Assembly: GCA_044892505.1 (NCBI GenBank)
Contig: CM097883.1
Location: 18,786,001 to 18,850,000 of the forward strand
Origin: Schmidtea nova
Taxonomy: Eukaryota
Reading direction: 5' to 3'
DNA: 64,000 nt
The notes below the pieces were generated by a model. It saw only the letters and a list, made by a program, of their open reading frames with translations. It was not told the DNA's origin and ran no database searches. Within the stretch, counting starts at the first letter, position 1. The number at the start of each line of letters is the position of its first letter. The position numbers and the translations under genes are program-made. Of the stretch, positions 30,822 through 41,992 are shown in pieces.

Positions 30822-31961
30822 ATGGAAAACGCAAATGAACATGTAATCGAAGATGAAACGAGAAACGAAATGGCGAACGAACGAGAAGCAATGGAAAGAG
30901 AAATCGAAAGGAGATGTAAAGTGGAAGTAGAACAAAGAACCAGGGAATTACACGAAGTGATGACAAACAATTTCTACGAGAAACTAAAATGCGAGAGACG
31001 AATAGAGTTATACCAACTAGAACTCGAGGAAGTGAATAAAGAGATGATACAACTGACAGCACAAATAGAGAAGCTAAAAGGAACGAATGTACGAAGTCGA
31101 CTGAAGATAGAAGAGGTCTATCAGTTGATGAGAAAACAAGCGGAACACTACCGGAAGATGATGAAAACGCGAAGAGAAGAGCAGGAGAAACAAGAGGAAA
31201 AGATGGAGGTAAAAATACTAGCAATCAAGGCTCAAGCGAGACATTGGAAAATGGAGTCGAAACGAGTGTATAAAGAAGCCAAAGAGATAATCAGAAAGAC
31301 AGCATACAGCGAAGATTGGAAACTGTATCAAGAGATAGACGAATTGAAAGAGGAATTGGAACAGAGAAAGCGACAAGAACAAGCAAACAAAGAATGGAGT
31401 CGAAAACGACAGCGATTTATTCGAGAACAGGCAAAGGAACTAAAGAAAACGCAATGGCAAATACAGATGATAAATGGAGAAATGCGAGGCATTAGACAAA
31501 AAGAGGAAGCGGAAAGACAAAAGTTGATCAGGGAAAAAGAAAGCTTGGAAAGAGATGTAAATGGTTATCAAGGGGTGGTGACCCAAAAGAAAATGGAATT
31601 GAAAGCTGTGAAGGAAAGACATGCGGAATCAAACCAAGCGTATGAGGAAAATATAACGAATTTGACGAAAGAAAACGAAGAACTGAAACAGCAGATAATA
31701 ACCCTGAAAGCAGAGAAAGAACCAACAGAAACAGAAGCCCTGAAGAGAAAAGTGGAAGAAATGGAAAGACAAATCGAAACTCTGAGCGAACAATCAGACT
31801 ATATGGAGTATCTGTTAGACGAGGAAATACAAACCTCGAGAACGTATCAAAACGAAATCGCAATGTGGAGAAGCAGAGTGGTGTGGTTACCGTTTATACC
31901 ACCACCACCAATGGAACTCCAAGATGAAGGGTTCCATGAACCAGAGGAGACGGATGTGTAA
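30822..31961 (+). CDS. 379-aa long coiled-coil accessory protein ending in ETDV
   Basis: Intact ORF, E/K/R/Q-rich heptads, C-terminal PPPP and EPEETDV. Confidence 0.75.
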   Translation: MENANEHVIEDETRNEMANEREAMEREIERRCKVEVEQRTRELHEVMTNNFYEKLKCERRIELYQLELEEVNKEMIQLTAQIEKLKGTNVRSRLKIEEVYQLMRKQAEHYRKMMKTRREEQEKQEEKMEVKILAIKAQARHWKMESKRVYKEAKEIIRKTAYSEDWKLYQEIDELKEELEQRKRQEQANKEWSRKRQRFIREQAKELKKTQWQIQMINGEMRGIRQKEEAERQKLIREKESLERDVNGYQGVVTQKKMELKAVKERHAESNQAYEENITNLTKENEELKQQIITLKAEKEPTETEALKRKVEEMERQIETLSEQSDYMEYLLDEEIQTSRTYQNEIAMWRSRVVWLPFIPPPPMELQDEGFHEPEETDV

Positions 31962-32034
31962 AAAGAGGCGAAAAATCCGTGTGTAAAAATGTACAAATCG
32001 ATGTAACAGGTATTAATCAGTAGAATAATCAGAA

Positions 32035-32559
32035 ATGAACTGGCTCAAAATCCTACCAATCCTAACGATTATGTTAACTACAACAACAATGAACTGTTCA
32101 ACAACCGAAATCCAAAGAACCCTGTCAAATGAGATATCCCAAGAGATTGAAAAACAACTAAACGAAGTCAGAGAAGACTTGAAACAATTAATACGACAAA
32201 TGCGAATCAGTCATGATCATCGCAAACCCTTGCAAACCCTATTCAATCAAATCGAGAAGATCCGAGAAATCCATAAAACCTTTCAAGATCACCTAAAGCC
32301 AATCAAAGGTCAAACCCAAATCGAATCCGAAATCCGAAACAGATGGATCATCGTTGGAATAGTCACAATGACAATAGTAACAATCATCCTGATCATCGTG
32401 ATCACATATACCCTATATCGAATCAGAAGCCTCAAACAACAACAAACGATAATGTGTAGATGCGTCAAAAGAGAAGCAAAAACCCAACAAAGAATGAGAA
32501 GCCATCTACGACAAATTCAAGCCCAATACGAAATGCAGTCAACAAGTGAAAGGACCTGA
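32035..32559 (+). CDS. 174-aa predicted type I membrane protein (signal peptide, helical ectodomain, TM, basic tail)
   Basis: MNWLKILPILTIMLTTTTMNC signal; WIIVGIVTMTIVTIILIIVITYTLY TM. Confidence 0.75.
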   Translation: MNWLKILPILTIMLTTTTMNCSTTEIQRTLSNEISQEIEKQLNEVREDLKQLIRQMRISHDHRKPLQTLFNQIEKIREIHKTFQDHLKPIKGQTQIESEIRNRWIIVGIVTMTIVTIILIIVITYTLYRIRSLKQQQTIMCRCVKREAKTQQRMRSHLRQIQAQYEMQSTSERT

Positions 32560-32733
32560 AAATCAACCCCTATGAGCCAGAAACATTGAACTGTGTATAA
32601 ACAATAAAAACATGACAATGACAATGTGTGACTTTGTATAAATGGGTATGAAAGCTACCACCTTATGTGGTTTTGCATGTAAGTTCTGTCACGAACTTTT
32701 TAGGTATGTTGATGTAGGTATATGCATGTAATT

Positions 32734-32764
32734 GCGGGACGCAATTTTAGGGGACCCCGAGTGA
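32734..32764 (+). other. Degenerate polypurine-tract region before the 3' LTR
   Basis: GCGGGACGCAATTTTAGGGGACCCCGAGTGA resembles the CGGGACG...TTTT..GGGG pre-LTR motif of Gypsy elements but is not purine-pure. Confidence 0.5.
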
Positions 32765-34294
32765 TGTTGGGCCAGCCAAATCGAGCAGCATCTGAAAATA
32801 ATGTACAATCAATAAAATAAATTAAATACAGAATAACAACAAAATAAATTACCAACACCAAAGCGTAACAAAATAGGCGGCAACATCTAAAAGAAATAAC
32901 ATATTAATCAAAACAACAAAAATCTTCAAAACTCACTCATGCGAAGCAGATAAAATTGGAATATGACAGCGCGTGGGCGGATGTCACCGAAAACCTAAAG
33001 CAAAATCAAATAAAAATTAAATCATACAAAAAATAAACTTACCGCATGATTAACCAAACAAATCGGCGAGTTAAGTTAGGCAGCAAAAAGCCGACAACAT
33101 GAAAAAAACGAAGCAAACATACACACATACTCGATGCTGATTGGCTAACCAACAACACCGGTTCAGTATAAATACTGAAGTAAAATCAGTATTTGGGAAT
33201 GTCATTTTTACCGAGTGTAACTTGCAGTTGAGCATTGAGAACATTGTAAATCCAACTTGAAGAGAAATAAAAGGTAATTTGGTGTTATGTTATTGATGTG
33301 TCTAAACCCTCATAATTGTTTATAACCATATTAAAATCCATAAGGTTTTCCGGAGGCCTAACAGCCTGACGGATTCTCTGGCCTCTCAGCGCAACACAAC
33401 CTTTCGGTTGTGAGGTGCTGATGCGGCGGGACCATAGGTGTACTAAATATTTGGAAAGCGGAAGGGGTTAAATGCACATAGGGTATCGAGTAAGACCTAA
33501 CGATCATGAATGAAATCAAGGTAGAAATGATCTAATATAAACGTTATGCATCACGATGATAGGGTATCGAGTATAAACTAGTAGTCGTAAACGAGCGTAA
33601 AGTGAAGCCCGTTTGTTTTGGAAGGAGATATATTGTGGCGAAGTCTAGACGAGGGATAGACGTGTAGTGAATAATATTAGGGTAAATGAATTAGGCGACG
33701 ACGAGGGTAGGTATATGTCAACCTTAGCGCGTACGAGTTCGGGCATAGTGAACCTAGTATCAAGGGTTAAGGATAATCGATAACCTCTGTCAGCTGTGTT
33801 TAGTCGCCAGGAGAGATGATAAATAAATCACAGGCATCGAGAACTGATAAAATGATGAACCCCAGTGAGTAAGTACCACAGGAACTTACGAGAATTACCC
33901 GACATGGGATGATCATTGCTGGTTAGATGAGGAAGTGATTGAGAACGACTGATGAAATTGAATGTAATAAATAGTATTATCCATAAATAAAAACGGTGGT
34001 AGTTGAGTGATTGAACCTGATTGATGAGTATTAAGTATAATAGCGATATGATTAACAAATGCAACAAATCGTGCGTAGCTGAATCGTCGAAATAAAAAGC
34101 GGAGTACATTAGCTTCAAGCTATCATATAACACGACCCACATTAAGTCACCAACAATGATCCGGCAAAAATACAGAATGTACCACTCAGACCTACAAAAT
34201 TTCATAAATAATACGGGTGGGTCGACTAATATAAATAGGTCCGTTCTACCATAGAATCCGTAGAGTAAAAACAACCATCTTCTTTAGAAATACT

Positions 34295-34930
34295 ATGGTG
34301 AAACTGGAGAGTTGCCGAGAGAAGCCGATGGTCGCGTACCCTATAAAGATAGAGAATACCATCCTTCGTAGGAAACGGCGCACCCGCTCCGTCCTCAGAC
34401 CAAATACGAACCCAAATATCAGAGGAGAGAACGAAGCACCCCGAAAAGTTGTCGAAGTATCACGTCGCCACCTACGACGATGGATGAGGGCCCATATGAG
34501 CTCAGCCGCTAGCACCCCAGCTTGCACGTTTGAACTACAGTTGCGGTGGGAAGGAGATACCGATTGGGTACCCTCCTCGGATCGTATCAAGCCGGAAAAT
34601 ACCCGATGGTTTTATCAACTCCTAGATGAGTTAAAGCAACCCCGCTGGCTACTGAGTACCGGAATGATGTCCGGAAAAGAGCTACATCAACTCGGATACA
34701 TGCTGCTAGACAGGCCTCGGTGTGGCGACACTGGGGAAGTCTTCGCCTACTCAAACGCGCCAGGAAGCGTGTCATTGGACCAACACCCCGAGCCCAAAGA
34801 CCTTCGTCTCTGGGAGGTATTCATCTTTCGGGACAAGTTAAGTTGGAGCCCTGCCCCGGAGTTATACCATGAGAGCGGAATCCGTCGTGACGAGAACACG
34901 GCCGACCAGGAATTACGACCCTTCATCTAA
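34295..34930 (+). CDS. ORF-A copy in the 3' LTR
   Basis: Identical to 8123-8758 except one V/A change. Confidence 0.75.
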   Translation: MVKLESCREKPMVAYPIKIENTILRRKRRTRSVLRPNTNPNIRGENEAPRKVVEVSRRHLRRWMRAHMSSAASTPACTFELQLRWEGDTDWVPSSDRIKPENTRWFYQLLDELKQPRWLLSTGMMSGKELHQLGYMLLDRPRCGDTGEVFAYSNAPGSVSLDQHPEPKDLRLWEVFIFRDKLSWSPAPELYHESGIRRDENTADQELRPFI

Positions 34931-35121
34931 ATCGCAAGGAAACCGATCCACCGAAGGAATATTTGATGTGTATTAAAAATAAATGTATTAATTTTTGGGT
35001 TTTGTTATGTCTTTGAATGTATGAAGCGATCTGAGAGTGAAACACCTGTTTGATAATAAAGATAGCGACTGGGAGAACATACAAACCATACATAACCCGA
35101 TTAATTATACATTTTACAGAG

Positions 35122-35685
35122 ATGAATGAACATCCAACTAGGAACTACAAACAAGAGGCAAAAGAGCATAAAGCTCGATCGCGAGTCCTAGAAAACCGCT
35201 TGCGGCAGCTAAACGAAGAGCACCAGCGAATTAAAGCCACGTGGTTCAACCCAGAGAGGGTTAAAACCATCCTGCAAGCCAGATACAGGGCGGAACGAAC
35301 AATCGACGAGCAAGCTAGGGAGGTAGCAGCACTAAAGACGGAGCTGTCAAATTACTTGAGGGCATCAACTCAGGAGTTTATCACCGAGCAACTACGCCCA
35401 GTGATCAGGGCTAGCACCTTTAATCGGTGGGTGGACACAATATCGATGACAACAAGTACCCAAACGGAAATAGAAACCATCCCAATCACAACTACCCCAA
35501 CGTCCCCAATAATTCTGGAAGGCTCGAAACGAACAAAGAGACGGAATCGCTTGGGAGCGAAAAAGCGTAGGGAGAGACGCGCATATGCGGATCGCCTAGG
35601 AATCGAAGTAGACTTGCTCAGTGGTCTATCTGAACAAGAACTACTAAATGTAATTCGACCCGCTGTATTGTTGAACTACAAATAA
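35122..35685 (+). CDS. ORF-B copy in the 3' LTR
   Basis: Same protein as 8950-9513. Confidence 0.75.
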   Translation: MNEHPTRNYKQEAKEHKARSRVLENRLRQLNEEHQRIKATWFNPERVKTILQARYRAERTIDEQAREVAALKTELSNYLRASTQEFITEQLRPVIRASTFNRWVDTISMTTSTQTEIETIPITTTPTSPIILEGSKRTKRRNRLGAKKRRERRAYADRLGIEVDLLSGLSEQELLNVIRPAVLLNYK

Positions 35686-36073
35686 ATGTATAAAATGAAT
35701 GATTTGACTTGTCTTGTTTGTTTGACGCATGTATGAGAATTAAAAGTAACAAAAACCTGGTTCATTTAAAGCTGCAGATATCTAAAAGGTAAATTACCCT
35801 AGGACAAAAGAAAAGAGCATAAGTGGGACCGAAAGAAAGCCACAGACACCTTCTATCGGTAGTGGTGGACCCGTGAATAAACAAGGGAATAGTAGCCGAA
35901 AGGTTGCTCACCTGCCTTGTCATTTCACAACGTTGACACAGTACCAACATGATGAGTAGTTAGGGATACATCATGGGTGTCAGCGGGGGAATGTTTTTAT
36001 GTTGGCGAGATCACCCTAACATATAAAATCATAACGATCTCCGTTGTCAATCTAACCAACACACCAGCACGAT

Positions 36074-37309
36074 TCGATGTCTCCAGTCAACAGCTCAATT
36101 TACATCGACCGATTTTTTATGATCGAGAATTCACAACATTTTATCCAAGATCTACACAATTACTCATTTTTACTGAACAACAACAATATCAATATCGAAA
36201 CGTCAAAACAAAAATCTGAACCCGACTGCAAAGTTTATAGCAACAAATTCCGTGTTCCACACCATGAATACATAAGTTTTTATTATTTATTTGACATTGA
36301 AAGGAGAAACAATTGTCAGTTCTCTAAATTGCAAAAATGTTTCAATGTCGAAATGCGAAAAGAACCTGTACAAACAGAGATGTGTTTATCAATCAAGGGA
36401 CCTCTCATGAACCTCAATTCTGACCCATCTGGGATGCCTAACTTCACAACGCTATCAATCAATTCTCTGAATCACAATCAGTCTTTTTCAAAGCATCATT
36501 TATCTGCACAGGAAATCAATCTATACAGACAGTCACAGAGTTTGTACAGATCAACTCTCGATATCATTGGTCCAGATTCCCGTCTACTAAAAACTGAATT
36601 ATCTATTAATACTCAATATATATTAAATAAATCGAATTGGCTTTTAGTATTCCTACAATTGGTGTCAGAAGTGACAAACATAAGCTTTTTGAATTTATTA
36701 TGTGAATATTTAAATTCGTCTAATTGCTCCATTTATATTAATAAAAATATTAATAATTATTTTAATAATAATTTTCACACCCCGATAACCAAAACTACAA
36801 CAGTTTCCCCTACCTGTTCACAACCATTTACCCTTCATGACGGCTTACTCAACATCACTGTACGCCACAAAAATATTATTCACTCAGTTAAAATTACCAC
36901 GACAAACTTTTTTAACGATATTAAACTTTTTTTAATAGAACACAACGACTTCTTTATTTTAAATAACGGAGTTCCCATCACAGATCCTCTTTGAGTCCCA
37001 ATAAACACAATAATAACACTCTTCATGCGGGCAAGAGGCGGTGCCAAAACTAACAATGACCATAACCCTTCCACGTCCATAGGTCGCACTCAACTGATAT
37101 TTTTAGAAGCAGACGGCACACCATCATCTTGGTTCCGCATTTTTGAATCGCGCACTAGAGACAATCCCAAGTCTAGACAAGATCTTCTGCAAGATGCAAT
37201 ACCCGACGAGTTAATGTCAGAATTAGGCTCACAAATAGCTGGAACGGACAAAACCTACATTCAATGCCATCATACCTGCAGGGGCACCGAATTTTTTTGC
37301 TCCATTTAA
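36074..37309 (+). pseudogene. Remainder of the ORF interrupted by the giant element; includes a ubiquitin-like domain ending MRARGG and a gag-like segment; in-frame TGA at 36992
   Basis: Removing the element and one TSD joins ATG 6572 (MQATSND) in frame to SMSPVNSS; past the TGA the frame reads VPINTIITLFMRARGG...PSSWFRIFES. Confidence 0.55.
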
Positions 37310-37381
37310 TAATTACTTAAATTAAATTAATTAATTTAAAAAATAAAAGAAATTAATAAAATTTAATATTTAATCTAAGGC
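37290..37381 (-). repeat. Right arm of the ~92-bp inverted repeat
   Basis: Reverse complement of 6426-6517. Confidence 0.85.
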
Positions 37382-37959
37382 GCTACAGACTTAATTACTG
37401 TATTTGAAGAAATCTGCCGACGACGTTAATTATATTATTGTTTTTCATTCTTTTTTTTTAATTTTAATTCTTACAATTCATTTTAAAAATATTCCTAATA
37501 ATTTTCTAATTTAAATAATTTTCTTTTTATTTTGCTAAAATTATCGATTTTATCTGAATATTTTCATTTTTAAATTTTCATTCTAAAGTATTTCTAAATT
37601 AACTTTTATATTATTAATAATAAATATTTTGTTTTTCATACTCTGCTTGCTTTTAGTCGCCTAAGGTTTTTCGTGTTATTTTCTTTGTAAATTAGTTTTT
37701 ACTTTTTGCAATATTTTGTTATATTTTAAATTTAAATGTGCTTTTATTTTATTTATTTGTTTCTTGGAATATTTTTTTATTTATTAGGCATTTATGTCAG
37801 ATTTTAAATTGACTTCGTGCGCATGTTCAGATTTTTGAGTTTTCGCGTCATTAAAACAAATTATGTTAAATTTTAGCTTTAGCCCAACACAATTGAAACA
37901 TCACGGAATACACGGACGTCGGAACTCGAATAAAGAACGGACAAAACCTACATTCAATG

Positions 37960-38485
37960 CCATCGTACCTGCAGGGGCACCGAATGATGTCCGAAGGCAA
38001 GTGGAGAGGCATTTGCGCCATTGGAAAAGGGAATTTGGCTAATCAGCCCTTTTTGCAGGTGAAAATCAGATGGATGTCAAGTTACGGTGGGAAGGTGATG
38101 ACCATTGGCCGCCGATGAACGACGTACAGCGAGCCCATCAAACGAGCTGGTTTCTGGAAATGCGGGACAAGGAAGGAGTCCCAGGGGGCTAATACATTTC
38201 CGGCCCATTGAGATCACCGAAGTTCATCGCCTCGGTTAGATCGTACTGAAATGTCCATGTAATATCTATACGGGCGAGCAGATTCCATACACAAATTTAC
38301 CTTGCGTAGTGCCGGACTCCCGAAGCCACGATTCGCCATGGGCTTCGAGCATCGTGTGGCAAGAGATATTCCTGTACCAGGGACAATTATGCTGGACTCC
38401 GAATCCAGCCTATTATCACGACAATGACACGTGGAGAAACGATAGTGAATACTCCCAGGACTGGAGCATCGAATTCAACGATTAA
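37960..38485 (+). pseudogene. Decayed LTR ORF-A paralogue
   Basis: RRQVERHLRHWKRE*...KLRWEGDDHWPP...LYQGQLCWTPNPAYYHD, with stops and a frameshift. Confidence 0.75.
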
Positions 38486-40584
38486 GGCCAAAGAATGCGA
38501 ACATTTCGACCCATAATGTCGATTAATAATGTGATCATAAATGTTAAAATAAAAAGTTTTGTCTTATGAAGTTGTGAATTTGAATCGTTTGTTGAGCATG
38601 CTTGATGGTGTGAGGAAATAAAATAAACGGAAATGACTAAGGTATGATGTGGGATAAATAGCGTGGTTGGGGAAAATGCTAGGGATTAGCTACCCACCGG
38701 AGTAACAACTTATAAGGATGTGTACCTGAGTATTCTTAGCCAGAATGGGGGAGTTGGTTTTTGGTTAGGAATGAGAATTTGCGGGGGAAAATCAAGCACT
38801 TACGCTGCGCCGAAACAAACTTATTTAGCGTTGCCATCGCTACGAGGTGACTTGGTTTAGTCCCGAGAAATTGAAGACAGGTCAAAAGAAGATTTGCTGA
38901 GAAGAAAGTTGCTAGGCATCATTTAGCGGTGGGCACGGCAGGTGGCGCTAAGCGACATGGATCTCGATCCAGATAGGTACCGTATAGAATACGGCCTAGT
39001 CTCAAATACCCGTGCTCAAAATCAGGCGATATTGACGGAACTATTCCGCGTCGGAGATTCATTCGGAATAGTGTGCGAGGCATAATCCCAGCAAAACCGA
39101 ACGTTTCAGAAACAAACGCCGAAGAGAAACCGCATTCTTGGGCAGGATATATCATCTGTCTCCTCCACGCCGAATAAGCGGCGAAGACGATGTTTTATTC
39201 TACAAATCGTGGACAATGGATAGAATCGTATATAATCAATTTTTGTATGCTTAATTTTAGTTCTTCCTTTGCAGTTATTTCTTATTACTGATGATTGTTG
39301 TATTCAACATAATTTTGAAATTTAATGATGTCATTTATTGAATAAATATTATTAAAAAGGAGAAATTGATCGGATTGGTTCAACATAAATTCATAAGCGA
39401 AAAAAAAGAAGAGCAATCGACAAATGAAAACAGTTGCGATAAAATCAATAATTTTTTTCAGCAGTTCAATTTTATCGAAGTAAAACATCACTCTAATACT
39501 TTAAAAAATAAATATGTGATTCAAGTTATTGTTTTTTAATTATATTTTTATAATCTTGACTGGGTCAGACAATCCTCAATTCTGATTACGTTTGGGGGGG
39601 CGTTGGTGAAAGGTTTCTAGAATAAAGGTGGTGGTAGTTTTAAAGCGCTTGGGAATCGCTAAGCCACACACTATATAGTACCATTTTTGGAAAAAAGGGC
39701 TTCAAATGTTGTATTTATTCATGATTTAAATCTTGGAGAACCAAGTCGATTAATACACTCTCTAACGCACTTACAAACTACTTGAACAGATTCAATAATT
39801 TTCATATTTATTTTTTCTAAGACTATAGATCAAAACTTGATAAAGGCTGTGCCGAAATACCGTGTACCTAACAACCAAAAAAATTTTTTTTCTTACATAA
39901 ATTAATATAAAAATTATTGAATTATAAAAAGAGATCAAAAGTGAAACCAAATGATAATTATGCTGAAACAGAGTATTGCAAATTTATTTTGGGTGGAGTG
40001 AATGTTTATAATCGCTAGGATAAATTTTAAATATCCAAATTATCAGGATGAATTTTCATGATTATTTCCAACATTTTTACCTTTCTAATCCAAGATTATT
40101 TTTGTATTTTCACATTTTATGGTCTCTCCGTATAATGTTAATCACGTGATTTATTTATTAATATAGTTAATGCGGTTATTTATATTACTATTGCTGGTGC
40201 GTTGGTTGGATGTTCAACTGAGATCATGTTTGATTTTATACGTTAGGGTGATCTCGCCAACATAAAAACATCTCCCCGCTAACACCCATGATGTATCCCT
40301 AACTACTCATCATGTTGGTGCTGTGTCAACGTTGTGAAATGACAAGGCAGGTGAGCAACCTTGCGGCTACTATTCCCTTGTTTATTCACGGGTCCACCAC
40401 TACCGATAGAAGGTGTTTGTGGATTTCTTTCGGTCCCTTTGCAATGCGCTCTCTCGTTGTACTAGGGTAAACTAAATTATTAGGGTGCCTGTAACATTAA
40501 ATGAACCAGTTTTACTTTACATTTAATTTTCCAACCATACTACAAACAAACAAGTCAAGTAATTCAGCGATGATACATTTATTT

Positions 40585-41142
40585 TTAATTCAAAAACACA
40601 GATGGTCGGATTACATCTAACAACTGTTTTTCTGAGAGCCCGCGTAGCAAATCGACTTCGATGCCTAGACATTCGGCATAGGCTCGGCGCTCACGTCGTT
40701 TCTTCGCCCCTAAGCGGTTTCGACGCTTGGTCCTTTTGGATCCCTCTGAGGGTATCGACATGGTTGGGGTAGTCATAGTTGAGTTCGACTCAGTTTCCGT
40801 CTGAGTACTCGTGGTGACGGCGATTGTGTCCACCCATCGATTGAATGTGCTCGCCCGGATCATTGGGCGCAACTGTTGAGTAACGAACTCCTGCGTAGAT
40901 GCTTTTAAATAATTGTGAAGTTCTAGTTTGACTGCTGTCACTTCTCTCGCCTGGTCTTCGGCTACCCGTTCTGCGCGATATCTAGCTTGCAGTATCGCTT
41001 TGACTCTCTCTGGGTTGAACCACGTGGTCTTGACGCGCTGGAGTTCGTCATTCAACTGGCGCAAACGACTCTCGAGGACCTTAGAGCGAGCCTTGTGCTC
41101 ACGAGCCTCCTTTTTGTGATCACGAGAGTTGTCGGTATTCAT
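40585..41142 (-). CDS. ORF-B of the sister LTR, 185 aa
   Basis: Clear homologue of 8950-9513 (WFNPERVK, RASTFNRWVDT, TSTQT, KRTKRRNRLGAKKRRERR). Confidence 0.8.
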   Translation of the reverse strand: MNTDNSRDHKKEAREHKARSKVLESRLRQLNDELQRVKTTWFNPERVKAILQARYRAERVAEDQAREVTAVKLELHNYLKASTQEFVTQQLRPMIRASTFNRWVDTIAVTTSTQTETESNSTMTTPTMSIPSEGSKRTKRRNRLGAKKRRERRAYAECLGIEVDLLRGLSEKQLLDVIRPSVFLN

Positions 41143-41343
41143 CTACAACATTGGGGGTTTAGTATAAGTGATGAAGACTTATTTGTTTTCCTATTTCTAT
41201 CGTTATGAAACTCAATTGCTTATTACTCAAACATTTATCTGCAGTCATTCAGAAATCATAACAAGACTTGTCACAGAAGGTTTATTCAATTATTACACAA
41301 TGACCTTTGGATCTTCGGATTTTCGGATATGGACTTCTTCCTC

Positions 41344-41992
41344 CTAGAAGAAAGGTCGCAATTCCAGGTCTGCACGGGTGTCGTCCCGCCTCTTTCCGTC
41401 GGCTTGATACAATTCCGGGGACGGGTGCCAACACAACTTGTCCTTATGGATGAACACCTCCCATAGACGGAGATCTTTCGGCTCTGGTTTGGACTCCAAT
41501 GTGACGCTTCCGGGAGCGTGCGGATAGAGCTGGATTTCCCCAATGTCGCTACACCGGGGCCTATCCAGGAGTAGATATCCTAGCTCGTACAATGCGGGAC
41601 CTGTCATGGTTTCGGAGCACAGGACCCACCGAGGTTGTCCTGCGTCGTTTGTCATTTGGATGAACCATCGCGAGGGGTTCATTTTTGGACTGGCAAGGAG
41701 ATGGCATCCACTCCGCATCTCCTTCCCATCTGAGCTGGAGGGTAAACGAACATGACGCGACTCTGGTTGCTGGGTGAGAGTGTTGTCGCATCCATCGGCG
41801 GAGATATCGATGGGCTTGTCGCACGATTCGAATCGGTGCTCCTTCCACCCTTTCCAATTTCATTTTCCCTTGGGGATTGGCATGACACTCTGACATAGAT
41901 CGGGCGCGCTTTCCATTCGTCTTCTTTCGGCCTAGTGGCGGCTGGATAGACGCAGTTAGTTTCGGTGATTCAATCTTTTCGCACTTCATCAT
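41344..41992 (-). pseudogene. ORF-A of the sister LTR, split by one frameshift
   Basis: The N-half is in ORF 41561-41992 (HRYLRRW, LRWEGDAEW) and the C-half in ORF 41344-41718 (LGYLLLDRPRCSD, PEPKDLRLWEVFI). Confidence 0.85.

Larger units (their letters stand above)
6593..36069 (+). mobile_element. Giant (29,477 bp) Ty3/Gypsy-type LTR retroelement with envelope glycoprotein and multiple cargo genes
   Basis: Paired 3305-bp LTRs (constant offset 26172), TG...CA ends, 4-bp TSD, PBS, gag with three CCHC knuckles, PR-RT-RH-IN order, and Gypsy-type RT motifs RFCIDYRRLN and YIDD. Confidence 0.97.
32765..36069 (+). repeat. 3' LTR (3305 bp)
   Basis: Direct repeat of 6593-9897. Confidence 0.97.

Noticed and set aside
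38919-39155. 78-aa ORF in a GC-richer island
   Set aside because: No recognisable motif in the frames I read; possibly a fragment of another element.
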